The notes under the pieces are model-generated. The model saw only the letters and a program-made list of their open reading frames with translations, was not told the origin of the DNA and searched no databases. From a virus (lineage: Duplodnaviria > Caudoviricetes), in IMG/VR virus record IMGVR_UViG_3300029288_000063, positions 189,103 through 253,102 of that record: 64,000 bases of DNA. One strand, 5' to 3'. Each line of letters begins with the position of its first letter. Positions within the stretch are counted from its first letter, which is position 1. Below, one piece after another: positions 1 through 9,351 of the stretch. The translations under genes were made by a program, and so were the position numbers.

Positions 1-377
1 ACAAGTCCATTTTCAGCCTGAAGGCGGATGACTTTGTTTTGGAAGGCGTGAAGCGTTCCGGTGGCGGCGTAAACCGCTCGAAGGATAAGACCTATCGGTT
101 TACGGTTGTCCTGTCTGCCCCTGCCCCGGTTCAGTCGTTGGAAATCAGCGAGTCGGTTCAGGTTGTCCTGATAAACCGTGCCCGGCGGTTGCTGAAGAAG
201 TTGGCAGGTCCGGATTTGGTTGTGCCGGTTAAGTGGGAGGTTGCCACGAAAGACGGTGGGACGAAGAAGAAGACATTCAACTTCGCGGGCAGCATTACAC
301 CTCTAACTGTTCTCGGATTCGAGATTTATGACGGGAAGTTTTTTGTGAAAGCCGAAATGCACGGCGTGTTTTATTGA
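1..377 (+). CDS. hypothetical protein, 5'-truncated by window edge
   Basis: Frame is open from nt 3 to TGA at 375-377; no recognisable motif. Confidence 0.6.
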   Translation, partial: KSIFSLKADDFVLEGVKRSGGGVNRSKDKTYRFTVVLSAPAPVQSLEISESVQVVLINRARRLLKKLAGPDLVVPVKWEVATKDGGTKKKTFNFAGSITPLTVLGFEIYDGKFFVKAEMHGVFY

Positions 378-1340
378 TTATTTCCCGTCGTTTGCGTTTT
401 CTGTCAGGATTTTGCGAAGTGGAAAAACGGGCGCAGTCGTCCGTTTTTTCATTTTGAAGTGGATGAGTCCGTCTCGAACCTCTGTTCCGGTAACCCAAGG
501 GATTTGTCCGGCTGCCTCGCAGACCCGTGCGGCGAACCTGTGGGGGTTTGTGTCGTCGCTGCCAAGTTGTTGTGCCATCTTCTCGACTCCTATCGCGTAA
601 CGGCGGCGGTTCGGGAGAAAGCTGAGGAGCCAGCGCAGGAAAACCGTCAAAGATCCGCTTCCTTGTCCCTCCTTGTAGTGAATAAACCAAGGGTTTGTGA
701 TAAGTTGTTCGATGTATCCGGGTTGCAGGTGGTATTCTATTCCCGTTTGCCCGGCGTAGTGCCCGCTGACGATGGCGGCGTGTTCCAATGTTATGGCGGC
801 GTTTTGGAGTCCTGCCTTGAGTGCGGTGCCGTTCTGTTTGTCGGCTATGCGAGCGAAGTCGCTGTATTCGATGGTCAGGATTCTATCCCGCATCCGCCCG
901 CAAACGATATGGTTTCCGATGCAAAGCATGGTCTGAAAAGCCAGCAGTCCGATATGTCCGTGCTTTGCCCGGCGCGGGGCGAAACGTGGCAATGGCGTTC
1001 GTGGGGCGGCGAGCCAGAGGGTTCTATCAACGGTTGTCGTGTCGATGCTGAGCTGACGTCGTCCGGGATGGCTTGCAGCGTGGCATCGGTCGCAAAGGGT
1101 TGCCGCGCTGACAAGGTCGGATTGATGCCGGATAAGGACGTGGTTATAAGCCTCGTCCCAATCGCCGTAGAATTTGTGGTGGTCCGCGATGCTGTGATAA
1201 AGACTTTCGATATGGTGGAGGGTTACATTCTCTGTGCTTCCACAGCGAATACAGGCGGCTGCCCGGTTTCTGTCGACCCATTCCGAGTATATTTTGGATG
1301 CCCGGATGCGTCTGATAATTTCCTGCGCGTTGTTCTTCAT
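378..1340 (-). CDS. HNH endonuclease domain fused to a Rep/TrfA-like winged-helix region
   Basis: N-terminal CIRCGS..LHHI...TLCDRCHAASH is a Zn-binding HNH pattern. C-terminal RRYAIGVEKMAQQLGSDDTNPHRFAARVCEA resembles the second wHTH of plasmid initiators (weaker call). ATG at 1340, alternative TTG at 1346. Confidence 0.6.
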   Translation of the reverse strand: MKNNAQEIIRRIRASKIYSEWVDRNRAAACIRCGSTENVTLHHIESLYHSIADHHKFYGDWDEAYNHVLIRHQSDLVSAATLCDRCHAASHPGRRQLSIDTTTVDRTLWLAAPRTPLPRFAPRRAKHGHIGLLAFQTMLCIGNHIVCGRMRDRILTIEYSDFARIADKQNGTALKAGLQNAAITLEHAAIVSGHYAGQTGIEYHLQPGYIEQLITNPWFIHYKEGQGSGSLTVFLRWLLSFLPNRRRYAIGVEKMAQQLGSDDTNPHRFAARVCEAAGQIPWVTGTEVRDGLIHFKMKKRTTAPVFPLRKILTENANDGK

Positions 1341-1638
1341 GCCCAAATTATATTGTTTTCTTCGGAGATGTTGGTAAAAAAACCCGGAGTTGTTGGTAGA
1401 TTGTCACTTTTTGCCCTATGTCTGACACGTTTTATAAAGCCATGTACTGTCTGGGTTTATGCGGTCGTTTTTGCCCGTTTGGCTCTTCGTTTCTTCCGGA
1501 TAATAACTATAATAGAGTATGATTGTCCACCCTCTTTGGATACCCGGAATGCTCTTGGGGGTGCCTTATTGGGTTGTTGTTAATTATTCTTTTATTAGTT
1601 GCCAAAGTAAGAGGTTAATATCTGAAAGGAGTAGGAAA

Positions 1639-1983
1639 ATGTCGTCAAGTCGGATTGCGAAGGAACTGTGTGTGATTGCCCGTGAGTTGGTTGGTGCGTC
1701 TGATATTGAGACGAAGGCGAAGGGTATTGCGGACAAGATCAATCGTTCGTCGAAAGTTCTTGAGGTGAAGTATGAGGTTGAGGAGAAGCGTCCGGGTACG
1801 GTGGTGGTCTATTTTCGTGTGGAGTTGAAAGCGGACCCGTATGTGAATCCCGAGGGTGGTGTTTCTGTGTCGAACAAGTTCCGCAACGAGATGGAAGCTG
1901 CGTGCAAGAATGCGTTCGGTGAGGAGATTGACTGGAACAACACTGGAACGACTGGTTGGGTGTATATCCGCGAGCAGGCGTGA
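1639..1983 (+). CDS. hypothetical protein with IAxEL-type leader (candidate virion cargo)
   Basis: AGGAG RBS before ATG 1639; begins MSSSRIAKELCVIARELVG. Confidence 0.75.
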   Translation: MSSSRIAKELCVIARELVGASDIETKAKGIADKINRSSKVLEVKYEVEEKRPGTVVVYFRVELKADPYVNPEGGVSVSNKFRNEMEAACKNAFGEEIDWNNTGTTGWVYIREQA

Positions 1984-1995
1984 GGTTTATCCACA

Positions 1996-2379
1996 ATGGG
2001 TCACAACTCGTCTGTAGCGCGTTCTTTGTTGCGTATAGCCCGTCTTATGCTCTCGGGTAAAGAAAAGCCGTCCACGGCGTTTGAGGCGGCTTTTTGGGAT
2101 GTTCGTGAGAAGCTTCGTGCGGTAAAGGATGAGTTATCGGGGCGTGCGCGTGCGGGTTTGGAGTCGCGTCTGGTGGGTGATTTGCGTGGGCGTGGGTATG
2201 AGGTGTTGGGTTGTGAGGTGAAGCTTGGGAAGTTTCGCGGGTCGTATTTTGTGACGTCGTGTCCGTTGCAGGTGCGAGGTGAGGCGAAGGGTTTGGAGGG
2301 GTATTTGGTTCAGACCTATAGTCCGAAGTTTCGGTTGAAGTCGTTTGAGGGTGGTATTTCCGTGTTTAACGTTCGGTGA
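1996..2379 (+). CDS. hypothetical protein with leader motif
   Basis: GAGG RBS; begins MGHNSSVARSLLRIARLMLS. Confidence 0.75.
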   Translation: MGHNSSVARSLLRIARLMLSGKEKPSTAFEAAFWDVREKLRAVKDELSGRARAGLESRLVGDLRGRGYEVLGCEVKLGKFRGSYFVTSCPLQVRGEAKGLEGYLVQTYSPKFRLKSFEGGISVFNVR

Positions 2380-2389
2380 GGGTAGTTTT

Positions 2390-3212
2390 ATGGAAGCGAT
2401 TTCGTTGACGCGTAAGGAACATGACAAGTTTATGCCGCTGGGTGACGCCGATGCGAAGGTGCTTCAGGGCATCAAGTCGAAGTGGAGTTTGGGCGGCGTG
2501 GTGTATATGCCGAGGAACGATAGGGAATTGGCGTTTTTGAAGCGTGTGTTCAAGAAAGCGATGGATAAGCAGAAGCTTGCTGGTGATTGCGAAGGGGCTT
2601 CTTGGCTTTGGCGGCAAGCTTGTTGGCAAGGAGTTTCGTTTGACGTGGGGGAACCTTGGGCTGGAGCTTCAAGAGCTTCATGCGCCGGGTTTGAAGCGGC
2701 TTCGTTTGTTTCATGCGAACGTGTGGGGTGGTGGGAATTTCCGTATCCTGAATGTTGAAAACTTCGTGGACAAGGTTGCGCCGGGCATGAGTTATGAGCA
2801 GGCGAAGATGTCCATCCAGAAGCAAATCGACGAGATGAAGGTGCTTGAGGTAAAGAAGTATGGCACCGACCCGAAGCATATGCAGTATGCGGTAAACACG
2901 AATGAGGAGATGCTGAGTGCGCTGAAGGTTGAGCCGGAGGGCATGGATGCCATTTCGGTGGAGGCGAAGGGGTTCACGATTGAGTCGAAGTGGGCGAGTT
3001 TCAAGGCGTATAGCCCTGAAAGTGACATGGGGACGTCTGGCGACCCGTCGTATGCGGTTATTGAATCGAAGAGCGCGGGTGCGGCGCGGAAGCTTTATAA
3101 GCTGCTGCGTCAGAATCCTGATGCTTTGAAGGGTGTTTCATGGGACGCGTTTTCGTCGTGGCTTGATCGGAACGGCGTGGCGTATGAGTATCACTTCAGC
3201 CAATGGCATTGA
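2390..3212 (+). CDS. hypothetical protein, apparently split by a +1 frameshift near 2541-2581
   Basis: Frame from ATG 2390 (GAGGG RBS) reads MEAISLT..KKAMDKQKLA. The +1 frame (2544-3212) carries LLVIAKGLLG.. to the stop at 3212 and has no good RBS. Confidence 0.55.
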
Positions 3213-3225
3213 GAGGAGAGTTATC

Positions 3226-4275
3226 ATGGGTGGTTCATATACTCCGGTTCAGGGGTGGTTTTCTTTTTGGGGCAAGGGTGTGTTCAATGTTGACTTCGTG
3301 AATGACCTGAACAGGGTGATGGTGAAGTCGAAGGAGTTGGGCGAAGATGTGTTTTTGAAGTTTGATATGGGGAACAAGACATCTGCCGGTATTTCGAATC
3401 GTGGTCGTGAGTTGAAGGGTGAGTATCCCGAGACGGTGATTTTGTGTACGTATCCCAAGGGTGTGACGGAAGCGGAGTTATTGAAGGTTGTGAAACCGGT
3501 GGCGCAGTCGCACAAGTTGAATGTGGAGTTTTTGGGGAAGACGAAGAAGAAGCCGGAGTTCCGTAAGGCGGGCGAGAGGGTTGCGTGGGAGCGTTGGGAT
3601 GAGGCGTCTGTGTTGCAGATGTTGAAAGACGAGCCGAGGCGGATTGAGTATTACAACGAGTGGCTGTCCCGAGGCGACCCGATTGACGAGGATGATGGGT
3701 TGTTGGATTCCCTTGATTCGCTTTTGAAGAAAAAGAAGATTCGGGTGAATGGTCATCGTGTTGTGATTGCGTCCGGTTTGAACCGGAAGAAGGCTATTGA
3801 CCTGATCAATTCGTTCAACAACGCCAAGTTCATTGATATCCGTACTGCCCCGAAGAAGGGTGCCGGTTCGATGTATGTGTTTAGGGCGTCGAAGTTTGCG
3901 GCGGATGGAATTTTGAAGGCATGGCGTCGTGCGTATCCGCAGAACGAGGTTGAGTTGAAGTATATGGGTCCGGTTGGTGGAGAGGTGTTGTTGTGGGGTA
4001 TTTTCATCATTATGGAGCCTGTCAAGGCGTCTGTGCAGGACATTGTGGCTTCTTGCGTTCGTGAGGCTATGATGAACGTCTCCAAGGACGCTGAGATGGC
4101 TGAAGACATTCTGAAAGACCTGAAGCGGCTTCAGGGGTATTTGACGAAAGCTGTTGTCGAGTTGGAGAAGGTGAAGGGTGGTGGCGAGAGTCCGTTGAAT
4201 TCCACCTCGCAGGTTGTTGCCATGCTTCGTGATGGCAAGCATTTCTCCAAAGCTGTTGAGTATTTCTTTGCGTGA
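3226..4275 (+). CDS. modular hypothetical protein
   Basis: GAGGAG RBS before ATG 3226; several small domains joined by linkers such as RKAGERVA, VVIASG and VKASVQDIVAS. Confidence 0.7.
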   Translation: MGGSYTPVQGWFSFWGKGVFNVDFVNDLNRVMVKSKELGEDVFLKFDMGNKTSAGISNRGRELKGEYPETVILCTYPKGVTEAELLKVVKPVAQSHKLNVEFLGKTKKKPEFRKAGERVAWERWDEASVLQMLKDEPRRIEYYNEWLSRGDPIDEDDGLLDSLDSLLKKKKIRVNGHRVVIASGLNRKKAIDLINSFNNAKFIDIRTAPKKGAGSMYVFRASKFAADGILKAWRRAYPQNEVELKYMGPVGGEVLLWGIFIIMEPVKASVQDIVASCVREAMMNVSKDAEMAEDILKDLKRLQGYLTKAVVELEKVKGGGESPLNSTSQVVAMLRDGKHFSKAVEYFFA

Positions 4276-4286
4276 GGGGGTGGGGA

Positions 4287-5984
4287 ATGCCATACGATAG
4301 CGTGCAGGACGCTGTGAAGCGTCATCCGAATTTGGGGAAGTATAGTGCGAAGGCGCAGCGCGCTTTTGTGTCGGCGTTCAATAGTGCCTTTGAGTCGGGG
4401 AAGGACGAGGGTACTTGTTTTGCGATAGCGTATGCGGCGGCGAACAAGGTGGATGGGAAGACGTCAGCGGAGCATGAATGGTTTGATGACCGTTCGCAGC
4501 ATGACATTCTGCACCAACTGGATGATGAGCCGTCGTGGGTTGAGGTGACGGAGCATAGAGACCCGTGGAAGTCGGTGAAGTGGGCGGCGGCGGTTGAGTT
4601 GGTTCGTGTGGCGAACATTTTGTCGTATGTGCAAGAGGGGAAATTCAAGGAGCGTCGTGAGGTTGAGTCGGCGGCGCGGTTGATGAAGCTGGTGATGCGC
4701 AAGATGGAGATGCCGGAGGCGGCGTCTGCCATGAATGACATTGGGGTTTTGGCGCATGGTCGTGGTGATGTGCGTGATTTGCCGGATATTGTTTTGAAGA
4801 ACTTCAACGGGTTTCGTGGTTGGGGTGCGGGTGATTTTGCCGTGTTGTATTCGGAGTTGACGAAAGCCCGTGTGGTTCGTGAGATGGCGTTATCGGCGGC
4901 TGTTTCTGATGTTGTGAAGCGGATTAACGAGTCACCGCTTTCGCCGCAAGACAAGAGCGAGATGTTACGGCGTCCGGACAAGTTGAGTTTACCTGAGAGT
5001 GGTCGTTTATATCGCCGGGTGAATTTTGACCGTGAGGAGCAGATGTTCCCCGGTCGTCGTTGTCGTGTTGACTGGAAAAACCATGCGAAGTATCGTGCGG
5101 AGTTGCGTGGGATAGACCCGGACGAGATGTCGCATGAGGTTTGTGATTATATTCGTGAGCGTCATTTTGATAAGACGAATCCGAAAATTGAGCCGCCCAA
5201 ACCGGACAATACCCGCGTAAAGGTTCCCGAAGGTGTTGCGGTGGTTGAGTATGATGCGAGGAAAGACCCGGTTCCGGTGGATGTGATTACCACGTGGGCG
5301 TCTGTTGGACGTATTGCTGCGAATTTGTCGGCAAGGTTAAAAAAGCTGATAGAGGATATCGTTGACGATTTTATTGATTTCAATCGGTCGAACGGTACTC
5401 GAAGACAGGCGTTGGATACGCTTAAGTCGATGATGATGCGTGGTTTATATGGTTTGGAGGCGAAAGAGGAGTATTTTCGAGGTATGCCTGATTTTCGTAG
5501 GGCGTTAGAATATACTCTTTTGCGTCGTCTGCGTTTGAATGAGGTTGTTGCTTCGTCTGGCGTGTCTGGTTTTGAGGGTTTGTTTCGTCATATATTGGAT
5601 GATGAGGATTATGTCCAGACCTCTGATGTTGAAATAGACTACACGGTAGAGCCAGCGCAACATGGTGGCAGGTGGGACGAATCATATGGGGCGTATGTTG
5701 ACGAGGTTAATATTGCCGGTATGGTTTGGTTGAAAATAAAGCTATCTCGGCTTGGTTTGTCTGTTGGTGATTTGTCTGAATCCGTTAGTGATTTGTTGTC
5801 CAGAAAAAAACGTTTTGAGTTTTCCGTGGAAAGTGATTTTGGTGATATCAATGTTGTCGGGGTGTTGGTTCGGGTAAAACCTTCAGGTTCGGATGTGCTG
5901 TTTGGTTTTGAAAAGCTTACGGTTGCGGATAAGAGTCTTAAACTGTTAAAAAAGAAGATTCAAAGATCGGAGGAAGAAAGATGA
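4287..5984 (+). CDS. modular protein with N-terminal ChaB-like domain
   Basis: YSAKAQRAFVSAFNSAFES..EGTCFAIAYAAANK matches the ChaB pattern (AQ..F..AFNSA..E..A...AWAAV). Internal motifs AVELVRVANIL and SVGRIAANL. Confidence 0.7.
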   Translation: MPYDSVQDAVKRHPNLGKYSAKAQRAFVSAFNSAFESGKDEGTCFAIAYAAANKVDGKTSAEHEWFDDRSQHDILHQLDDEPSWVEVTEHRDPWKSVKWAAAVELVRVANILSYVQEGKFKERREVESAARLMKLVMRKMEMPEAASAMNDIGVLAHGRGDVRDLPDIVLKNFNGFRGWGAGDFAVLYSELTKARVVREMALSAAVSDVVKRINESPLSPQDKSEMLRRPDKLSLPESGRLYRRVNFDREEQMFPGRRCRVDWKNHAKYRAELRGIDPDEMSHEVCDYIRERHFDKTNPKIEPPKPDNTRVKVPEGVAVVEYDARKDPVPVDVITTWASVGRIAANLSARLKKLIEDIVDDFIDFNRSNGTRRQALDTLKSMMMRGLYGLEAKEEYFRGMPDFRRALEYTLLRRLRLNEVVASSGVSGFEGLFRHILDDEDYVQTSDVEIDYTVEPAQHGGRWDESYGAYVDEVNIAGMVWLKIKLSRLGLSVGDLSESVSDLLSRKKRFEFSVESDFGDINVVGVLVRVKPSGSDVLFGFEKLTVADKSLKLLKKKIQRSEEER

Positions 5985-6727
5985 TTGGGAATCGTGAATT
6001 ATCCGCCGAACTGGTTTTGGTGGCGTCGTTGTTGGATGAAAAACAGTTTGGCTGCCGAACTGTTGTTGCGGCTGTGAAGGATATCCTTGGTACGTCTGAT
6101 GATGGTCTCGTTGACCGTGTTGCATCGTCGGTTCGTTGTGCCGCGCCTGATGAGAAGGCGCATGCGCTTGAGGGAATTCAGTATAACCTTCGGATGATGA
6201 CGTCCTTTGCCAGCAATGGTGATGGTTTTAACGTGGAAGGTTTTATGAGGAGTCTGAACGCTCTTATGAAGGATGTCAAGGAATATCAGAGGGCTGAAAA
6301 GTCCGTATCCGTTGCGAGGGGTCCGGTGCAGGATGCGATTGAGGCGTATGGTGACATTCACAAGCTCAAGACGAGGAACCTGAGTTGGCGTGGTCAATTT
6401 GTCAGTTCGGCCGAGGTTCAAAAGGTGATGCAGGTGTCGGTGCCGGATGGATATAACGGTTTTAATGCGAAAAAGGTATCGGGTGCCGTTGCGAAGTTTT
6501 CGGCGTACAAGTGGGCGTTTGCCCGTGAGGGTAGTCCGGCGTTGTACTGCAAGGGCATCAAGACGAAAGACGAGGTTTTGAAGCTGTTTAGTGAGTTTGA
6601 AGATGTTGATGCCGACGAGCTTCATGTTATCTGGAAGGGGAAGTATTATTCCCGGTTATCGCGTAATAACATGAGTGAATTGCCTGAAGACCTGAGTGGT
6701 GCCCTGTGTCGGTTTTGGTGGGACTGA
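5981..6727 (+). CDS. hypothetical protein with leader motif
   Basis: GGAGG RBS; begins MIGNRELSAELVLVASLL; internal LVDRVASSV. Confidence 0.75.
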   Translation: MIGNRELSAELVLVASLLDEKQFGCRTVVAAVKDILGTSDDGLVDRVASSVRCAAPDEKAHALEGIQYNLRMMTSFASNGDGFNVEGFMRSLNALMKDVKEYQRAEKSVSVARGPVQDAIEAYGDIHKLKTRNLSWRGQFVSSAEVQKVMQVSVPDGYNGFNAKKVSGAVAKFSAYKWAFAREGSPALYCKGIKTKDEVLKLFSEFEDVDADELHVIWKGKYYSRLSRNNMSELPEDLSGALCRFWWD

Positions 6728-6780
6728 GTCAGATTTTGTTGCATGATTTGTTTTGAGGGTAATTTTTGTAAAGATTTAAC

Positions 6781-6814
6781 AGCAAAACCTCAATGAGGTT
6801 TTGCTATTTTTTTT
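6781..6814 (+). terminator. Rho-independent terminator
   Basis: AGCAAAACCTC-aat-GAGGTTTTGCT hairpin followed by a T-run. Confidence 0.75.
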
Positions 6815-6855
6815 ATTATCGTGAATGTATGGATAACTGTTTGGAGGAAAACATT

Positions 6856-7818
6856 ATGTGGGATTTCATAATTTATCTTATTCGTCGTTTTTTTGGTTTG
6901 TGTGCAGGGGATGTTCAGGTTGCAACCTCATCTGTAAGTGTTACAGAGCAGACAACTTATGGAGATAATGCCATGACAAACAATCGTTATGCCCTTTTAG
7001 TTGGCATCAATAAGTACACGTCGATGCAAGGTGCGGATTTGAACGGTTGTGTGAATGATGTGAATGATATGTACTATCGCTTGACGAAACATTATGGATT
7101 CCCCGAGGACAACATTCGTGTTCTGTGTGATGCTCGTGCGACACAACAGAACATTTTGGAGCGTTTGGAATGGCTGGTATCGTCCGCGAAGCCGGGCGAC
7201 CAGTTGGTTTTCCACTATAGTGGGCATGGTTCGTCGATTCGTTGCCGTGTTGACGACAAATTGGAAGACGAAGAGTGTCAGATTTTGTGTCCGACGGATA
7301 TGGATTGGGATAACCCGTTGACTGATAAGATGTTGGCTCAGTTTTTCAAGCGCATCCCTGCGGGTGCGTTTTTGACGTTTATCTGTGATTCGTGCCACAG
7401 TGGGACTATGGATCGTGGTGCGTTCCCTATTGGGAATCCACATGAGACAAAAATTCGCTTTATGCCGCCGCCCTTTGATATTTCGGTTCGTTCGCGTTCG
7501 GTGTTGCCGGTGAATCGCGTTGGTTGGAAAGATCTGAATGGTCCAAAAAACGGGAACATTGCGTTTTTTGATACTCGGCATTTATTGTTGTCGGGTTGCC
7601 GTGATAATCAGACTTCTGCGGACGCGTTTATTGGTGGGCAATATAATGGCGCGATGACGGCGGCGTTAAAAAAGGCGTTGGATAGCAATTTGGATGCGGA
7701 TTGGTTTACTGTTCACACTGAGATGCTTAAATATCTAACATCGGAAAAATTCACTCAGGTTCCGCAGTTGAGTGGTCCTGAAAAGGTGCTGAAACAGTCG
7801 GTTTTTCGTGGGCTGTGA
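6856..7818 (+). CDS. metacaspase (peptidase C14, caspase domain)
   Basis: YALLVGINKY, LNGCVND, FHYSGHG (catalytic His), ICDSCHSG (catalytic Cys), SGCRDNQTSAD, GAMT, QVPQL. Two RBS-preceded in-frame starts at 6856 and 6973. Confidence 0.92.
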   Translation: MWDFIIYLIRRFFGLCAGDVQVATSSVSVTEQTTYGDNAMTNNRYALLVGINKYTSMQGADLNGCVNDVNDMYYRLTKHYGFPEDNIRVLCDARATQQNILERLEWLVSSAKPGDQLVFHYSGHGSSIRCRVDDKLEDEECQILCPTDMDWDNPLTDKMLAQFFKRIPAGAFLTFICDSCHSGTMDRGAFPIGNPHETKIRFMPPPFDISVRSRSVLPVNRVGWKDLNGPKNGNIAFFDTRHLLLSGCRDNQTSADAFIGGQYNGAMTAALKKALDSNLDADWFTVHTEMLKYLTSEKFTQVPQLSGPEKVLKQSVFRGL

Positions 7819-7887
7819 TTTTTTTTTTGATGCTTGTCGTTAAATGATACTGACGTGCATCGTTTTACATATGGACAGAGCTGGAGG

Positions 7888-8130
7888 AACGAAATGAGGA
7901 GGTGGCAGGCTAATCGTTCGTTTTTCATGTCGGACATCATCAACCACTTGAAGCCCGATTCTGATTTTGAAAAAATTGCCCGTGTAAAGCAGGGTGATTT
8001 TATTTATGAATCGGTGAACGCAGAACGTATTGTTGTAAACGGACGTTCGGTTTTGGGTGATTTTAGTACGGGTGGTTGGAAGGGGTATTGCACCTATATT
8101 GGTGATATTGCCGAGAATGAAATAGGCGAT
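7888..8130 (+). repeat. dispersed repeat copy 1 (copy 2 at about 10225-10467)
   Basis: Includes a 56-nt identical stretch ATCATCAACC...GTAAAGCA; other differences are mostly at third codon positions. Confidence 0.9.
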
Positions 8131-8652
8131 ACAGGCACGGGTAGTGGGGGTGCTGATGGTGCTGCCGGATATCTTTATCAGTACACGGCACAAGCTCTTG
8201 AAAGCCCTTTTGATGCTGATTGGGCTGTAAATAGCAATGCCGCGATAAGTGCCGATGCTTCAAATGCTGGTATTGTTGTCAGGCTTTTTGGTGATTCTGC
8301 CGAAAGCGGAGCCGGAACCCAATCAGTTGTGGTTCCGGACAACGTAACAGATATGATTATCTCCCTGCATTGGCGGGCTGTAACGGCCCCCGGTGGTACG
8401 GTTGGTTGTGTTTGGAAACTGTATCATCGCAGCGAAAACAACACAGTAAGCGCATGGTCGAATCAGGTCTTGAATACGGCAAGCATCTCTAATGCCGAAT
8501 GGAAATCAACAAGCCAAACAATCAGCCTTTCGACGCTTGGTATTACAGCGGGCGACAAGAGGCAATTTGAGATTACGAGAGTACCCACGGAAGCGGAAGA
8601 CACTCTTGCGGGGAATGCGGCTTTGGAATCTATTGTTTTGGAGTTTGTCTAA
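7894..8652 (+). CDS. short fibre/virion protein with shared N-terminal domain
   Basis: GGAGG RBS; first ~80 aa nearly identical to the 10231 fibre; Gly linker then a beta-rich C-terminal domain. Confidence 0.7.
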   Translation: MRRWQANRSFFMSDIINHLKPDSDFEKIARVKQGDFIYESVNAERIVVNGRSVLGDFSTGGWKGYCTYIGDIAENEIGDTGTGSGGADGAAGYLYQYTAQALESPFDADWAVNSNAAISADASNAGIVVRLFGDSAESGAGTQSVVVPDNVTDMIISLHWRAVTAPGGTVGCVWKLYHRSENNTVSAWSNQVLNTASISNAEWKSTSQTISLSTLGITAGDKRQFEITRVPTEAEDTLAGNAALESIVLEFV

Positions 8653-8653
8653 A

Positions 8654-9334
8654 ATGGCGGTGACAGGATCAATCGCTCTGAACTTTGGTCTGCAAGACCA
8701 ATACAGGATTACGGATAGCATCACGCTGTGTTGTTGGGCAAACCTTTCATCGTCGTCAACATTTCCGTGCCTGATTTCAAGGGGAATCCTTAACGCTGGT
8801 GATAGTTATTGTCTTTACCAAAATAACAGCAACCAGTTGTGTTTTGGTTTTTGTTATGGTGCCGCAAGTGGCTCCAGATACATTATTGTATACACGCCAA
8901 CCATACATGGTGTACTGCATCATTTCGCGGGTGTAAGGGACAGGGCGGCTGGAAAAATGTATATATATGTCGATGGAGTTCCAGTAGTCGACACCAACGT
9001 ATCATCAACGCTGTATATCTATAACGGAACAGTACCATTGTATGTCGGAAATAATAGCAGACCCTTGTCTGGAATAATTTTCGATGCAAGGGTCTACAAT
9101 AGGGCATTGTCGGCGGCTGAGATTGCCGGTATATGCGGGGCAAGAGGGTGTGATAATGTTTTAGATTCATCGCTTGTTTTGCGGACATGCATTAACAACG
9201 GATATGCTTGGAATAGTCTTACTGGACAAACTGTCTATGACCACAGTACATTCAAGAACCAAGCAGCAGGATCTGGATCAATGTCAGTAGCGGAAGACCC
9301 ATATGGCACGGTAAAGTCTCCGTTGATTCTCTAA
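8654..9334 (+). CDS. LamG/concanavalin A-like domain protein
   Basis: ITLCCW, HHFAGVRD, YIYVDG, LYVG, GIIFDARVYNRALSAAEI is a Laminin_G_3 signature. Confidence 0.85.
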   Translation: MAVTGSIALNFGLQDQYRITDSITLCCWANLSSSSTFPCLISRGILNAGDSYCLYQNNSNQLCFGFCYGAASGSRYIIVYTPTIHGVLHHFAGVRDRAAGKMYIYVDGVPVVDTNVSSTLYIYNGTVPLYVGNNSRPLSGIIFDARVYNRALSAAEIAGICGARGCDNVLDSSLVLRTCINNGYAWNSLTGQTVYDHSTFKNQAAGSGSMSVAEDPYGTVKSPLIL

Positions 9335-9351
9335 CATCAGGAGGTAAAAAG

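Noticed and set aside
459-1583. 374-aa + strand ORF
   Set aside because: Shadow of the minus-strand HNH gene, with no motifs
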